Virus record (IMG/VR): IMGVR_UViG_3300029288_000111
Coordinates: 1-64,000 of that record
Reading direction: 5' to 3' (one strand)
Source: a virus
Taxonomy: Duplodnaviria; Caudoviricetes
DNA: 64,000 nucleotides
The position numbers and the translations under genes are program-made. Shown in pieces: positions 9,418-18,735 of the stretch. Below the pieces are notes generated by a model. That model ran no database searches. It worked only from the letters and a program-made list of their open reading frames with translations, and had not been told where the DNA came from. Every line of letters starts with the position of its first letter. The stretch's first letter is position 1.

Positions 9418-11332
9418 ACGCCTTCCCCAGCCACTCCGGCGGCACGATCCCCCGCCCCAGGCACGCCTTGCGCAGCGGCTCCACCAGCCCCGGCGCCATC
9501 GGCACGCCCACCTCCCCCAGGTCCAACAGGCACGAGAGGAAGTCTTCGGTGAGGGGGATGGACTTGCGAACGCGGCCCCGAGGGGCATCGGAGACCGGCG
9601 AGATGTGGAACTGGTGCAGCACCCCGCCCAGGTTCAGGTTGACGTGATGGGAGCCATCAGCGAGCGCTTGGCAGCGGGCATCAAGCGCAGCCGCGGTCGG
9701 CTCCTGTAGAATGGCACGACTCACCTTCGCCGGGTTCTGCGCCTCCAGGAAGTGGTGAGTGGGATAAGTGGGCCCGGGCGCCCCGAAGTAGTCAGCGTGA
9801 GTCATGGAGCGCAGATGCTTCCCGCCCGCCTTCGCGGCGGCCCGATGGAGGTCATCCAACCGCGACACGTCTACCTCTGCCGACCGCTGGCCGGCATCGT
9901 AACGGTAGCGCCCCCCCGTATCATGGACCCATGCCTTCACCACCCGCTCCCCCCTTAGCGGAATCCCCACCTCCTGCCGGTCCTTCCCCGAGAACGTCAC
10001 CATGCTCCCCGTCACCAGCGTGCCGATCAGCGGGTTCTCTCCCGCGTACTGCTGCCCCCGCCCCGGCTTCACGTAGGCGAGGGTGAGGTGGGGATAGTAC
10101 TCGGGGTACGTATCGGTGTGGGGCAGCGCACCGGCCAGCTTCGCGTTCAGCCGCTCCAGGTCCGGGCCCGTCACGTCCAGCTTCACCACGTCGTAAGCGG
10201 CGCCCGCCTTCGCCGGGAAGAGAGACGTCTGCCCCAGGGTGAACTCCACCGGAGGCTCATCGGCCACCACCTTGCGCACCTCCTCGGGGTCGTTCGTGTG
10301 CAGCCCGAACTGCACCGTCACATGCGGGTCCTTCTCCCGCCCGTCGGCGGCCAGGTCCTCGTCGCGGATCTTCGCTGCCAGCGCGCGCACCTGCGCCGCG
10401 ATCTCCTCGGGGAGGTTGATCTGCGTGGAGCTGAACTCCCGGTCGGGCTGGATGCCCATGAGGACGGCCTTGACGCCCTTGAGGACCCGGGGAAGGTCCA
10501 CCTCCCCGTCCGGCTTCCCGTAGATCCTGCGGATGTGAGCGCGGACCTGCGCCAGGTGCTTCTCGCACGCCGGCACGAAGGCCATCCCCTCGGCCCACAG
10601 AACCGCCTTCACCGCCGGGGAATCGCAGTGCTTGCACTTGTGAGGGCGGTCCAGCGGGGTCCTCTTCAGGATGGCCTTCAGCATCCCCCGCACTGCCGGC
10701 CGCCCCTCTTCCTCCCGCACCCGCGCGTTGTCGCGCCGGTCCGCGATTCGGTCCTTGAACTGCTCCACGCTCATTGCCGTGAACGCCCGCTTCGGGTCCG
10801 CCGGGAGGAACCGCTGATCGTCATAGTGTGCGAGGTAGGCATCGCGCGCGGCCTCCCACGAATCCCACCCCAGCATCACCTTGTCCTCGTCGAACGTGCT
10901 CGTCTTCGGGTCCTGCTGGTGAATGACGTAGACGGTCTGGGCATTCTCGTTCGGGCCGAGGAAGCAGTCGAGGAGGTCCGAGTCAACGGTGAAGCCGCTC
11001 GTGCCGCGGATGCCGCCGTAATCCCAGAGCATCTTTGTGCGCCACGGCTTGCCGTCTTCCACGACGCCGCGGCGCACGCTCCCCTTGCGGTTCTCAATCG
11101 CGACGGTGAGTCCCTGCCACTGGCGCATCCCCTGCAGCTTGTAGCCCACCGCCTTCAGCACCGCCCGCACCGGCAACCCCCGCGTGGGCGTTGCCGCGAA
11201 CTCCCGCAGCTTCTCTTCCGGCATCTCCTCGGCCAGCCGCTTCACTTCGGGAGAGGCGTCCTTCAGCTCCCCGCGCTTGTAGGCGATGGCCATCCCGAAC
11301 AGATGCTGTTGCCTCTGCGACTCTGCCGGCAT
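9392..11332 (-). CDS. Polyvalent protein: DUF3008-like N-terminus + inorganic pyrophosphatase-like domain + 2H phosphoesterase (Acb1-like)
   Basis: MPAESQRQQHLFGMA; IENRKGSVR...DYGGIRGT..VDSDLLDCFLG...FDEDKVMLG; two HxT motifs (DPHVTV, PHLTLAY). Confidence 0.78.
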   Translation of the reverse strand: MPAESQRQQHLFGMAIAYKRGELKDASPEVKRLAEEMPEEKLREFAATPTRGLPVRAVLKAVGYKLQGMRQWQGLTVAIENRKGSVRRGVVEDGKPWRTKMLWDYGGIRGTSGFTVDSDLLDCFLGPNENAQTVYVIHQQDPKTSTFDEDKVMLGWDSWEAARDAYLAHYDDQRFLPADPKRAFTAMSVEQFKDRIADRRDNARVREEEGRPAVRGMLKAILKRTPLDRPHKCKHCDSPAVKAVLWAEGMAFVPACEKHLAQVRAHIRRIYGKPDGEVDLPRVLKGVKAVLMGIQPDREFSSTQINLPEEIAAQVRALAAKIRDEDLAADGREKDPHVTVQFGLHTNDPEEVRKVVADEPPVEFTLGQTSLFPAKAGAAYDVVKLDVTGPDLERLNAKLAGALPHTDTYPEYYPHLTLAYVKPGRGQQYAGENPLIGTLVTGSMVTFSGKDRQEVGIPLRGERVVKAWVHDTGGRYRYDAGQRSAEVDVSRLDDLHRAAAKAGGKHLRSMTHADYFGAPGPTYPTHHFLEAQNPAKVSRAILQEPTAAALDARCQALADGSHHVNLNLGGVLHQFHISPVSDAPRGRVRKSIPLTEDFLSCLLDLGEVGVPMAPGLVEPLRKACLGRGIVPPEWLGKAYEQQSTAR

Positions 11333-11339
11333 CGTTCCC

Positions 11340-11615
11340 TCACCCCCCGCTCAGTTCGGCCCGCGTCCGCAGCGCCTCTCGATAGTGCAGGTAGCGCCGC
11401 AGCGCGCCCGAGACCATCATGTGCAGGAACTGCTGCGTGCCGTCCACGGCGCACGCGCTGCACGAGAACCAGGGGATCCTCGGCGCCCGCACCTTCCTCG
11501 GCCGCCCGCCCTTGGCCTGGTAGCCCACGGCCCCCTCGTCGTGGACCGTCACCATCCACGGCTCGTCATGGCCGTGCAGGATGATCTCGCCTCGACGGCA
11601 CCAGGGGCATATCAT
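11340..11615 (-). CDS. Hypothetical Zn-ribbon protein
   Basis: CPWC...CSAC. Confidence 0.5.
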   Translation of the reverse strand: MICPWCRRGEIILHGHDEPWMVTVHDEGAVGYQAKGGRPRKVRAPRIPWFSCSACAVDGTQQFLHMMVSGALRRYLHYREALRTRAELSGG

Positions 11616-11646
11616 CGTGCCCTCCCCGCGAGGCGGCTCTTCAGCG

Positions 11647-11958
11647 TCAGCCCTTCCCGGACGCCGCCCCGTTCCTCTTCACGCGGGCATAGTGCTCCTT
11701 GCGCTCCGATACCAACGCGCCCGCCGTTGTGATGCCCTTCTCCGTGATCCGAATGGCAATGGCACCGATGCCCAGCGCCACCTCATCCCGATCCTTCAGA
11801 TCCTGAAGCGCCCGGTAGCAGGCGGCCGCCTGGTAGCCCGCCCGCGTTGCCACCTGCTCCATGTTCGGCGTGCCGTTCCCCCGCCCGCGAAGCTGCGCGA
11901 GCGCGATCAACACGTTCTGCCGGCAATCCTTACTCGAATGCACCGCTCCTGCTGTCAT
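11647..11958 (-). CDS. Putative winged-helix DNA-binding protein
   Basis: PNMEQVATRAG...CYRALQDL...ITEKG wHTH pattern. Confidence 0.5.
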   Translation of the reverse strand: MTAGAVHSSKDCRQNVLIALAQLRGRGNGTPNMEQVATRAGYQAAACYRALQDLKDRDEVALGIGAIAIRITEKGITTAGALVSERKEHYARVKRNGAASGKG

Positions 11959-11960
11959 CT

Positions 11961-12254
11961 TCAGCCTTCCGCCCTCGGACCGCCCTGCGCCCAGACGACC
12001 GCCTGCCGCATCAGATTCTGCGCGCTGACGAAGCGGGGATCCCTCGGGCCCAACTTCGTCGCCCATGCCTCGTGGATCTGCGCTTCCCGGAGCCAGAACT
12101 GCTGCCACCACTGGCGCAGCAGACCGGCAACCCGATCCCTCGTATTCAACTTCCCATCCCCTTTCCCAAAACAGACTCCAAGCAGTCGCTTCCTCAGCCA
12201 AGGGCCGGCTTCAGCACCCGCCACCAGCGCCGCAGCCAACCGACGAGCGTCCAC
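11961..12254 (-). CDS. Hypothetical protein
   Basis: ORF in operon orientation. Confidence 0.4.
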   Translation of the reverse strand: MDARRLAAALVAGAEAGPWLRKRLLGVCFGKGDGKLNTRDRVAGLLRQWWQQFWLREAQIHEAWATKLGPRDPRFVSAQNLMRQAVVWAQGGPRAEG

Positions 12255-12576
12255 CGCCCGCGCATCCGCTTCTGCCAGGATCGAACGTGCATCGCGCTCC
12301 TCATTCCTGCGCCCGGACGAGTTCCAGGAGTTCCTGAATCCGATCCAGCACCGCCGCCGGCGCGTCGTCGAACCCCACCGCGCGGATCCTGCCCTCGCAG
12401 CGAACGCAGTAGAGATCCACCTTGCCCATGCCGGGAACGAAACCGATCTGGTGCGGGTTCTCCACGTGCCCGGTTCGCAGCCAGCAGAGGAGCTGGCGGA
12501 AGTGCCACCAGCGCAGCCGCAACCAGCCCATCGAGCCGTGCCTCAATACCAGGTGCACATCATGGGGGTCCCTCAC

Positions 12577-13807
12577 GGAGATTGCGGCGGGAAGCCCCTG
12601 CCTTCAGGCAGGGGAGGAAAGCCGCGTCCGCTTCCAAAGCGGACAGATTCCCACCGCATCCTCCCTTCCTTGACATTCCCTTGTGCTGACACTCGCGGTG
12701 AAGCTGGCTCCCGATATGGAGCAAGCGAAAGCTCTCCTGGAAACCCTGGAGGCGTTCAACGCTGCCTGCAACTACCTGGGAGAGATAGCCTTTCGCCTGA
12801 AGACCGCGAGCAAATACAAGCTTCAGCACGAAGCGTATCAGGACGTGCGCGAACGCTTCCACTTGTCGGCGCAGATGGCGATCCGCGCTATCTCCAAAAC
12901 CTGCGAAGCCTACAAGCGCGACCGCAGCATCCAGCCGCACTTCCGCCCCCACGGCGCCATGTGCTACGACGAACGGATCATGGCCTGGAAAGCTGCCGAC
13001 CGCGTGTCGCTGCTGACGCTCTCGGGGCGCGTCGTGGTGCCCTGCCGCTACGGTGCTTATCAGGCCGCCCGTATCGAGCGCCGCCAGGGGCAGGCCGATC
13101 TGGTCTACCGCGACGGCGTGTTCTACCTGTTCGTGACCGTGGATGTGCCCGAAGCGGAACCCTTCGACCCAGAGGGCTTCCTCGGGGTAGACCTTGGGAT
13201 CGTCAACATCGCCACGGACAGCGACGGCGCTCAGCACTCCGGGGCGGTGGTGAATGGCCTGCGCCACCGGCACCGCCGCCTGCGCCAGAAACTGCAGAAG
13301 AAGGGTACGAAGTCGGCCCGCCGCCTGCTTCGCCACCGGCGCCGCAAGGAAGCCCGCTTTGCCCGCCACGTCAACCACTGCCTCAGCAAGGAGATCGTCG
13401 CCAACGCCAAAGACACAAAGCGGGCGCTCGCCCTGGAAGACCTCCAGGGCATCCGCGCCCGCTGCACGGTTCGCAAGGCTCAGCGGGCAACGTTCTCCTC
13501 GTGGTCGTTCTTCCAACTGCGCTCCTTCATCACCTATAAGGCGCAGCGCGAGGGCGTGCCCGTGGTTCTCGTGGACCCTCGCAACACCTCGCGCGAATGC
13601 CCCACCTGCGGGCACACTGATAAGCGCAACCGGCCTTCGCAGTCCGTCTTCTGCTGCACATCCTGCGGGTTCGCTGGCCCGGCGGATGTCATCGCGGCGG
13701 GCAACATCGCTCGCCGGGCCGCCGTAAACCGGCCATACGTCTCGGAGACAGCACTCGCTGCCTAGCCAGGGACAAAGCCCCCAGGCTTTAGCCGGGGGAT
13801 TGTTTAC
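12577..13807 (+). mobile_element. IS200/IS605-family TnpB-only element (IS1341-like)
   Basis: Inserted 3' of TCAC (12573-12576); left-end hairpin CCCCTGCCTTCAGGCAGGGG; right-end hairpin CCCCCAGGCTTTAGCCGGGGG, element ending TTAC; no tnpA; no target duplication. Confidence 0.85.
12683..13765 (+). CDS. tnpB: RNA-guided endonuclease TnpB
   Basis: RuvC-I GVDLG, RuvC-II LEDL, Zn finger CPTC/CTSC, RuvC-III ADVIAAGNI all intact. Confidence 0.95.
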   Translation: MLTLAVKLAPDMEQAKALLETLEAFNAACNYLGEIAFRLKTASKYKLQHEAYQDVRERFHLSAQMAIRAISKTCEAYKRDRSIQPHFRPHGAMCYDERIMAWKAADRVSLLTLSGRVVVPCRYGAYQAARIERRQGQADLVYRDGVFYLFVTVDVPEAEPFDPEGFLGVDLGIVNIATDSDGAQHSGAVVNGLRHRHRRLRQKLQKKGTKSARRLLRHRRRKEARFARHVNHCLSKEIVANAKDTKRALALEDLQGIRARCTVRKAQRATFSSWSFFQLRSFITYKAQREGVPVVLVDPRNTSRECPTCGHTDKRNRPSQSVFCCTSCGFAGPADVIAAGNIARRAAVNRPYVSETALAA

Positions 13808-13866
13808 CCACAGCCCAAGCCCATCGCGACGTTCTTCATCCTGCTCGTCCATCGCCACCTCCACCC

Positions 13867-13897
13867 CTGCTAACGCGCGAGGCGGCGAAGCGTTCCC
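13867..13897 (-). promoter_or_regulatory. ECF-type promoter
   Basis: GGGAAC-N16-CGTTAGCAG followed by a GGAGG RBS. Confidence 0.8.
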
Positions 13898-13903
13898 GGA
13901 AAT

Positions 13904-14278
13904 CTACGCCACATCCCCGGCGACGACCGCCGCGAGGTCCACCGCTGCTACCCCCGCGTTGCTGATCGTCACCCCGCTCACGTCGCCGGTGTGGATGTGG
14001 ATGCTGTCCACCAGGTGCCCGACCGCTTCCCCGTTCAACTTCACCGTGACGGGGCCGGCCGCGTAGATCGCCACCAACTTGACGGTGGTGATCCCGTGCA
14101 GCGAGAGGGCCTCATCGCTCACCCCCGCCCCGATGGTGCCCTCGTACTCCCCCACGCGGTCGCAGGTGAAGGTCAGGCTCTCGGGCAGGAGACTGGCGAG
14201 CAGCGCCTTTACGCTGCTATCGCTCAGCACCTCTTCCAGGCGCGGCTTCAGGCGAATCGTCTTGTCTGTGGTAGCCAT
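13904..14278 (-). CDS. Hypothetical (possibly virion) protein
   Basis: Abuts the upstream gene in the head module. Confidence 0.6.
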   Translation of the reverse strand: MATTDKTIRLKPRLEEVLSDSSVKALLASLLPESLTFTCDRVGEYEGTIGAGVSDEALSLHGITTVKLVAIYAAGPVTVKLNGEAVGHLVDSIHIHTGDVSGVTISNAGVAAVDLAAVVAGDVA

Positions 14279-15145
14279 TCAGAACTCCATCGGGGCCTGC
14301 ACCGCCCCGCCCACGCGCTCCTGCAGACTGCACCCGCAGCGGATCCCTTTGCACTCGAGCTGGCCGCTCTTCGGCGCGTAGCCGCGGGAGAGCACGTCGC
14401 GAATGAACGCCACCACCGGCATCCATCCCATCCGCTCGAAGCGCAGGCAGTCGCGGCAGCTCTCCCGCGCCGACGTCACCCAGCGGATCGCGCGCTCCTT
14501 GCGCTGATCGCCCATCACCCAGCCGTTCCAGCCGGCCTCGCGCCCCGCCGCGGCGTACATCGCCATCCGCTCGGGGTAGGGGATGACCCCGGCACCCGCC
14601 TCCACGTCCGCGCCGAACGCCCGCAGGTAGTCCAGCTCGTCGCGCACCAGCCGGTTCAGGATCGCCCGGTCCTGCGGGTTCAGCGCCACCCCGGGATCCC
14701 CCACCGCCTGCTTCCCCAACCGGTACAGCCGGTCGTAAGCATCGCGGATGTCCCTCTCGCAGCGCCGCTCCCACTCTTCGCGCGAGAGCCGCTTACCGGT
14801 GAAGTCGCCGATGTGATCCCGGAGTCTTGACTCGAACATCGCCACGCGGTAGGCACGCGCCTCGGCCGCCGCTTCCCGGCACTCTTCGCGCGAGAGCCGC
14901 TGGCGGAACTGTCCGGTGGGGGATCGTGGCGTCACGTGCGCCGGGTGCCTCCGGGCGAAGCGCCCGCCCCCGGTCCGCTGCTGGAACTGCGCCGGGTGTG
15001 CCGCCACCGCCTTGGAGAGGGAGACCGGCACACCGAGCGCGTCGGCCACCCCGACCACGGCGCCTTCGAGGGCTTCTCCGGGAGGGAGGTCTTCGTCTAC
15101 GCGGATCAGAAGCTCACGCATCTCACGCTTCAGCGGCAGCCGCAT
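14279..15145 (-). CDS. Head morphogenesis / MuF-like minor capsid protein
   Basis: Downstream of portal; C-terminal W...ESCRDC...ECKGIRCGCSL Cys pattern. Confidence 0.6.
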   Translation of the reverse strand: MRLPLKREMRELLIRVDEDLPPGEALEGAVVGVADALGVPVSLSKAVAAHPAQFQQRTGGGRFARRHPAHVTPRSPTGQFRQRLSREECREAAAEARAYRVAMFESRLRDHIGDFTGKRLSREEWERRCERDIRDAYDRLYRLGKQAVGDPGVALNPQDRAILNRLVRDELDYLRAFGADVEAGAGVIPYPERMAMYAAAGREAGWNGWVMGDQRKERAIRWVTSARESCRDCLRFERMGWMPVVAFIRDVLSRGYAPKSGQLECKGIRCGCSLQERVGGAVQAPMEF

Positions 15146-15613
15146 AACGGTCGCTCAGGATCTTGTGCCAAGCAACGGCATCCTTCTTCTTCTTGAAGTA
15201 GTGGTGATCATCGCCGGTTGACCAGTTGTGGACGATAGGGTGCATTGGTCCTGTGTTCCAATCAGGGTGGTGAGGATCGGAGTATCCCGGCAACATCTGC
15301 GGATCGTGCCCTGCACTTTCCATCCTCTCGACATGCTCCTGTGCTGCCTGGTTCGGTTTCGGATGGTGGTGAACGTGATGCAAACCCCTCGCATTCTTGA
15401 CGTGCCCAGTGTCGAAAAGCCTCGTCTGCCCAGCCGTGCCGACAGTGCCCACTCCTGGCGTCCTCGGTTCGCGGACTGCGTGCGGCTTTGGCGCGGGCGC
15501 GCTGAAGTCCAACTCCCCCTGCCCAGCCAGCGACCGCTTGTCAATCGCCTTCAGCACGCGCTGCACGAGCACCGACAGCGCCACACACTTCGCCAGCTTC
15601 TTCACCTTGCACC

Positions 15614-16003
15614 TCACAGCCACCGCAGCGCCGCCCCATTGATCAGCAGGTGGATCGTGTTGTCGGCGAGGATCATCAGCCACACCGACAGCCACGCCGG
15701 CCGGTCGTTCGGCGAGCCGGTAGACCAGCACTCCGCCCACGGCGCGTTCGCCCCGCGGGGCGCCAGGAAGTTCTTCGCCCAGCACACGTACCGCGCCAGG
15801 CGCCAGCGGTCGAGGAGGAAGTGACTCGCCACGATGACCGCCCACGCCGCAAGAGACGGCCGCAGGCAGAGGAACGGCAGCCCGTAGGCGAAGGCGTGCG
15901 CGAACGCCGGCAGGTGGCGCGCCGTCTTCCCCTGCGCCATCCAGTCGCTTTGCAGGAGGTAGTCTCCCACCAGGTGCGCGACGAACTGAGACGCCGAGAA
16001 CAT
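15614..16003 (-). CDS. DUF3307-like membrane protein
   Basis: AHLVGDYLLQSDWMA...SHFLLDR...ADNTIH. Confidence 0.8.
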   Translation of the reverse strand: MFSASQFVAHLVGDYLLQSDWMAQGKTARHLPAFAHAFAYGLPFLCLRPSLAAWAVIVASHFLLDRWRLARYVCWAKNFLAPRGANAPWAECWSTGSPNDRPAWLSVWLMILADNTIHLLINGAALRWL

Positions 16004-16200
16004 CCTACTCCTTCATCGCCGCCCGCAGGAGCCAGAACGCGAAGATCAGGACGCAGAGAACGAAGGTTTCCACGACCTATCCCTCCCCAACATTGTTCGG
16101 TATTCGCGCCCTGTCATACCTGATACCACGGCGGCGATCTGCGGCATCCTGCTAGTCACGACTGGTCAGGCGGCACCGACGGCGTTCGGTGTTTCGGCCG

Positions 16201-18099
16201 TCAGTCCCCCTTCTCAATCGTGATCACCGTGCGCCCCCCGCCCACGGCCTTGCGCACCGGCATCGGCCGCCCCTGCTGCGCCTGCTGCTGCTGTGCCTGC
16301 TGCTGGAGGTCGGCTTCGTTCGCCTGCTGCCCGAACTGCGCCATCTGCTGGCGGGCGTCCTCCTGCTGCGCGCCCTCCTGCTCCATCTGCTGCTGATAGT
16401 CGTTCTGGGCCATGCTGCCCATCATCTGCTGTGCCTCTTGCTGCTCCCCCTGATGGTCCTGCATCCAGAGCTGCAGCAGCGAGGGGTTCCCGCCGGGCGC
16501 GTCCGGGTAGGAACCGAGCTTCCCGCCCTTGCGCTCGTACTCCTCGGCGATTGCCTCCACCCGCTGCGACTGATCGGCGTAAGGCCGATCCTGGTGGCTC
16601 TTCTCGATCTTGCGCCACAGGTCGATGTCGAGCGGGTCATAGAAGCGCGGCTCGTCGCGGATCGCCGCGATCTGATTCATCGTGTAGCCCGCGCCCATCC
16701 GCTGGATGTCGAGCTGCACCTCGGCCAGATATTCCGGGTTGTAGCGCGCCTCCAGTCCCTGAATCGCGAGCTCGAAATGGTCGCTGATCTGCGAGACGAT
16801 GGCCCGGTTGAACACCTCGCACAGCCAGAGCACCAGCGGGAGTTGGCAGCGGTACTTGCCGTTGTTGAGCACCGCTTCCGGGTTGTCGGGGTTCAGCGTC
16901 TGCTGCGGCCCGCCGAAGGAGGCGAACCCGAACGCCTCGGGCGGCACGCCCCACACCGCCGAGGCGAACGCCACGCAGAGGGTGATGAACGGCTCACTGA
17001 TCATCCCCATGTGCGTGCGGTCCACGGCCGGGATGTACTGCACCCCATTGCCCGTGCCCGGCTTCGTCACCAGGGTGAGGAGTTTGAAGGCGTTGTCCGG
17101 CCCCATCAACTCCTGAAGGATCCGCACCTTCATGGCGCGGACCTCGTTTTCCGTGTAGTCACCGATCAGGTTCAGGAAGCCCGAAGGGATGTGGTTCTTC
17201 TGGTGCCATGCCTTGTTGATGGCGATGCCGTCGAGCACCCCGAGTAGGGCATCCACGCACTGCTCCACCTCCGGGTAGCCGTACCCATAGGCCAGGAACT
17301 CGGTGCGCGGGTTGCGGACCGCGAGATACCCCTCGTTCCAGGCGAACTCGCGCATCATCGTGTTCGCGCCCGGCATCCCGGGGTCGGTCATCACGTAACG
17401 CACCAGGGAGGGGCCGTCGTCGCGGATCTTCTTCAGGTCGTCGCGAAGCTGCGGCTGATACTGTTTCGGCTCGGAGAAGTAAGCCAGGCTCCCATCTTCC
17501 ACCTTCCAATACATCACCGGATGCGTCCGGCGGTTGTCGCTGCTCCCCTCGGTGGAGAGAAACACCCGGTCCAGAACGAAGGTATCCTCTAGGATTCGCG
17601 AGACCGCCATCTGCAGCGTGTCCGCGCGCGTCTCGTAGTGACCATCCCAGACCGCGACCTCGCCGGTATCCTCATGCTCGGTGCGGATCCCGCCGTTGAA
17701 GAGGATGCCGGCGATATAGTCACGCAACTTCGCCCCGTTGGGCGTGAGCGGCCGGTTCCGCTCCTTCTGGCGGATCACCGCGCCCACCGCGCGCTCATTC
17801 TCGGGGCGCGCGAAGTGGCGGGCCACGTCCGGAATGATCGTGTTCAGGATCGCCCGCACCGCCAGGTTGTGCCGGGCGAAGTCCCTCTTCCACCGGTCCG
17901 GGATGTGCGGCGTCTGATCCACCAGGATCCCCTGCTGGACGTAGCCCATCCGGTTGGCGACTTCGCCCATCCGGTGGCGAGTGTACGCCGGGCGGACGTT
18001 ACCGGAGGCCGCCTTGATCAACTCGCCGAACTCCGGCATCAACAGCGCCGTCGCCGTGCCCGGCGCCACCGGGGTATCGAGGATCGCTTCCGGCATCAT
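16201..18099 (-). CDS. Portal protein
   Basis: Downstream of TerL; NPRT...YGYGYPEVE, PSGFLNL, WGVPPEAFG, YTMNQI motifs; Gln-rich tail. Confidence 0.8.
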   Translation of the reverse strand: MMPEAILDTPVAPGTATALLMPEFGELIKAASGNVRPAYTRHRMGEVANRMGYVQQGILVDQTPHIPDRWKRDFARHNLAVRAILNTIIPDVARHFARPENERAVGAVIRQKERNRPLTPNGAKLRDYIAGILFNGGIRTEHEDTGEVAVWDGHYETRADTLQMAVSRILEDTFVLDRVFLSTEGSSDNRRTHPVMYWKVEDGSLAYFSEPKQYQPQLRDDLKKIRDDGPSLVRYVMTDPGMPGANTMMREFAWNEGYLAVRNPRTEFLAYGYGYPEVEQCVDALLGVLDGIAINKAWHQKNHIPSGFLNLIGDYTENEVRAMKVRILQELMGPDNAFKLLTLVTKPGTGNGVQYIPAVDRTHMGMISEPFITLCVAFASAVWGVPPEAFGFASFGGPQQTLNPDNPEAVLNNGKYRCQLPLVLWLCEVFNRAIVSQISDHFELAIQGLEARYNPEYLAEVQLDIQRMGAGYTMNQIAAIRDEPRFYDPLDIDLWRKIEKSHQDRPYADQSQRVEAIAEEYERKGGKLGSYPDAPGGNPSLLQLWMQDHQGEQQEAQQMMGSMAQNDYQQQMEQEGAQQEDARQQMAQFGQQANEADLQQQAQQQQAQQGRPMPVRKAVGGGRTVITIEKGD

Positions 18100-18104
18100 G
18101 CCCC

Positions 18105-18461
18105 CTACTGATGCGCACCCCACGCGCCGCGAATCGTCACCACTGCCCCGGCACCCAGCGAGGAGACGCGGAACGCCATCGGGTACGTAGCGAACACCTT
18201 GAAATCGTGGATGCGACTGCTCGCGGCGTTGATGACGTACTCCTGATCCTCGTCCTCGAATTGCTCGCCCGAGGAGAGTTCATAGACCGGGATCAACGTC
18301 GCCGCTCCCGTCGTTTGGATGAACGTCTCCAGCACGTTCCCCTGGCCCGACGCGGTGAAGCGCGCGCGCACGAGGGGCGTGGTAGCCACCGGGGCCGCAT
18401 CGGCCGCCGTCACGCGGTCGATGCCGAAAATCTCACTCACCAGTCTGCTGCCGGTCGCCAT
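18105..18461 (-). CDS. Hypothetical protein
   Basis: GAGG RBS; operon position. Confidence 0.6.
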   Translation of the reverse strand: MATGSRLVSEIFGIDRVTAADAAPVATTPLVRARFTASGQGNVLETFIQTTGAATLIPVYELSSGEQFEDEDQEYVINAASSRIHDFKVFATYPMAFRVSSLGAGAVVTIRGAWGAHQ

Positions 18462-18464
18462 CGC

Positions 18465-18719
18465 CTACCTCACTCCCTTCGGCTGGCACAACTCCTCCCA
18501 CGGCCCGCTACCCGCCACGCTCTTCACCAGCGTGCGGTCGATGCCGTCGAAGCGGTGGAACTTGCGCGAGATCGCGATCACGGCCGAGCTGATGCTGAGC
18601 ACGCGCCGGGCAGCTCCCCGGCACTGCGGGCAGGCCACCGGCTCGTCGCGCTGCGCCAGCCGCCGCTGCAGGTCGAACCTCCCGCAGCCGCGCTCACACT
18701 CGTATTCATAGAAGGGCAT
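18465..18719 (-). CDS. FmdB-family Zn-ribbon protein
   Basis: MPFYEYEC..C..F...CPQC...RRVLS. Confidence 0.8.
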   Translation of the reverse strand: MPFYEYECERGCGRFDLQRRLAQRDEPVACPQCRGAARRVLSISSAVIAISRKFHRFDGIDRTLVKSVAGSGPWEELCQPKGVR

Positions 18720-18735
18720 CTGTCACTCCGCGTCT

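Larger units (their letters stand above)
12301..13852 (-). pseudogene. Phage gene (about 106 aa) interrupted by the TnpB element
   Basis: 13808-13852 (MDEQDEERRDGLGLW) joins in frame to 12301-12576 (VRDPHDVH...) when 12577-13807 is removed. Confidence 0.75.

Noticed and set aside
12560-13864. 434-aa minus-strand ORF spanning the IS
   Set aside because: Antisense shadow of tnpB read from the start of the interrupted phage gene; no domain features.
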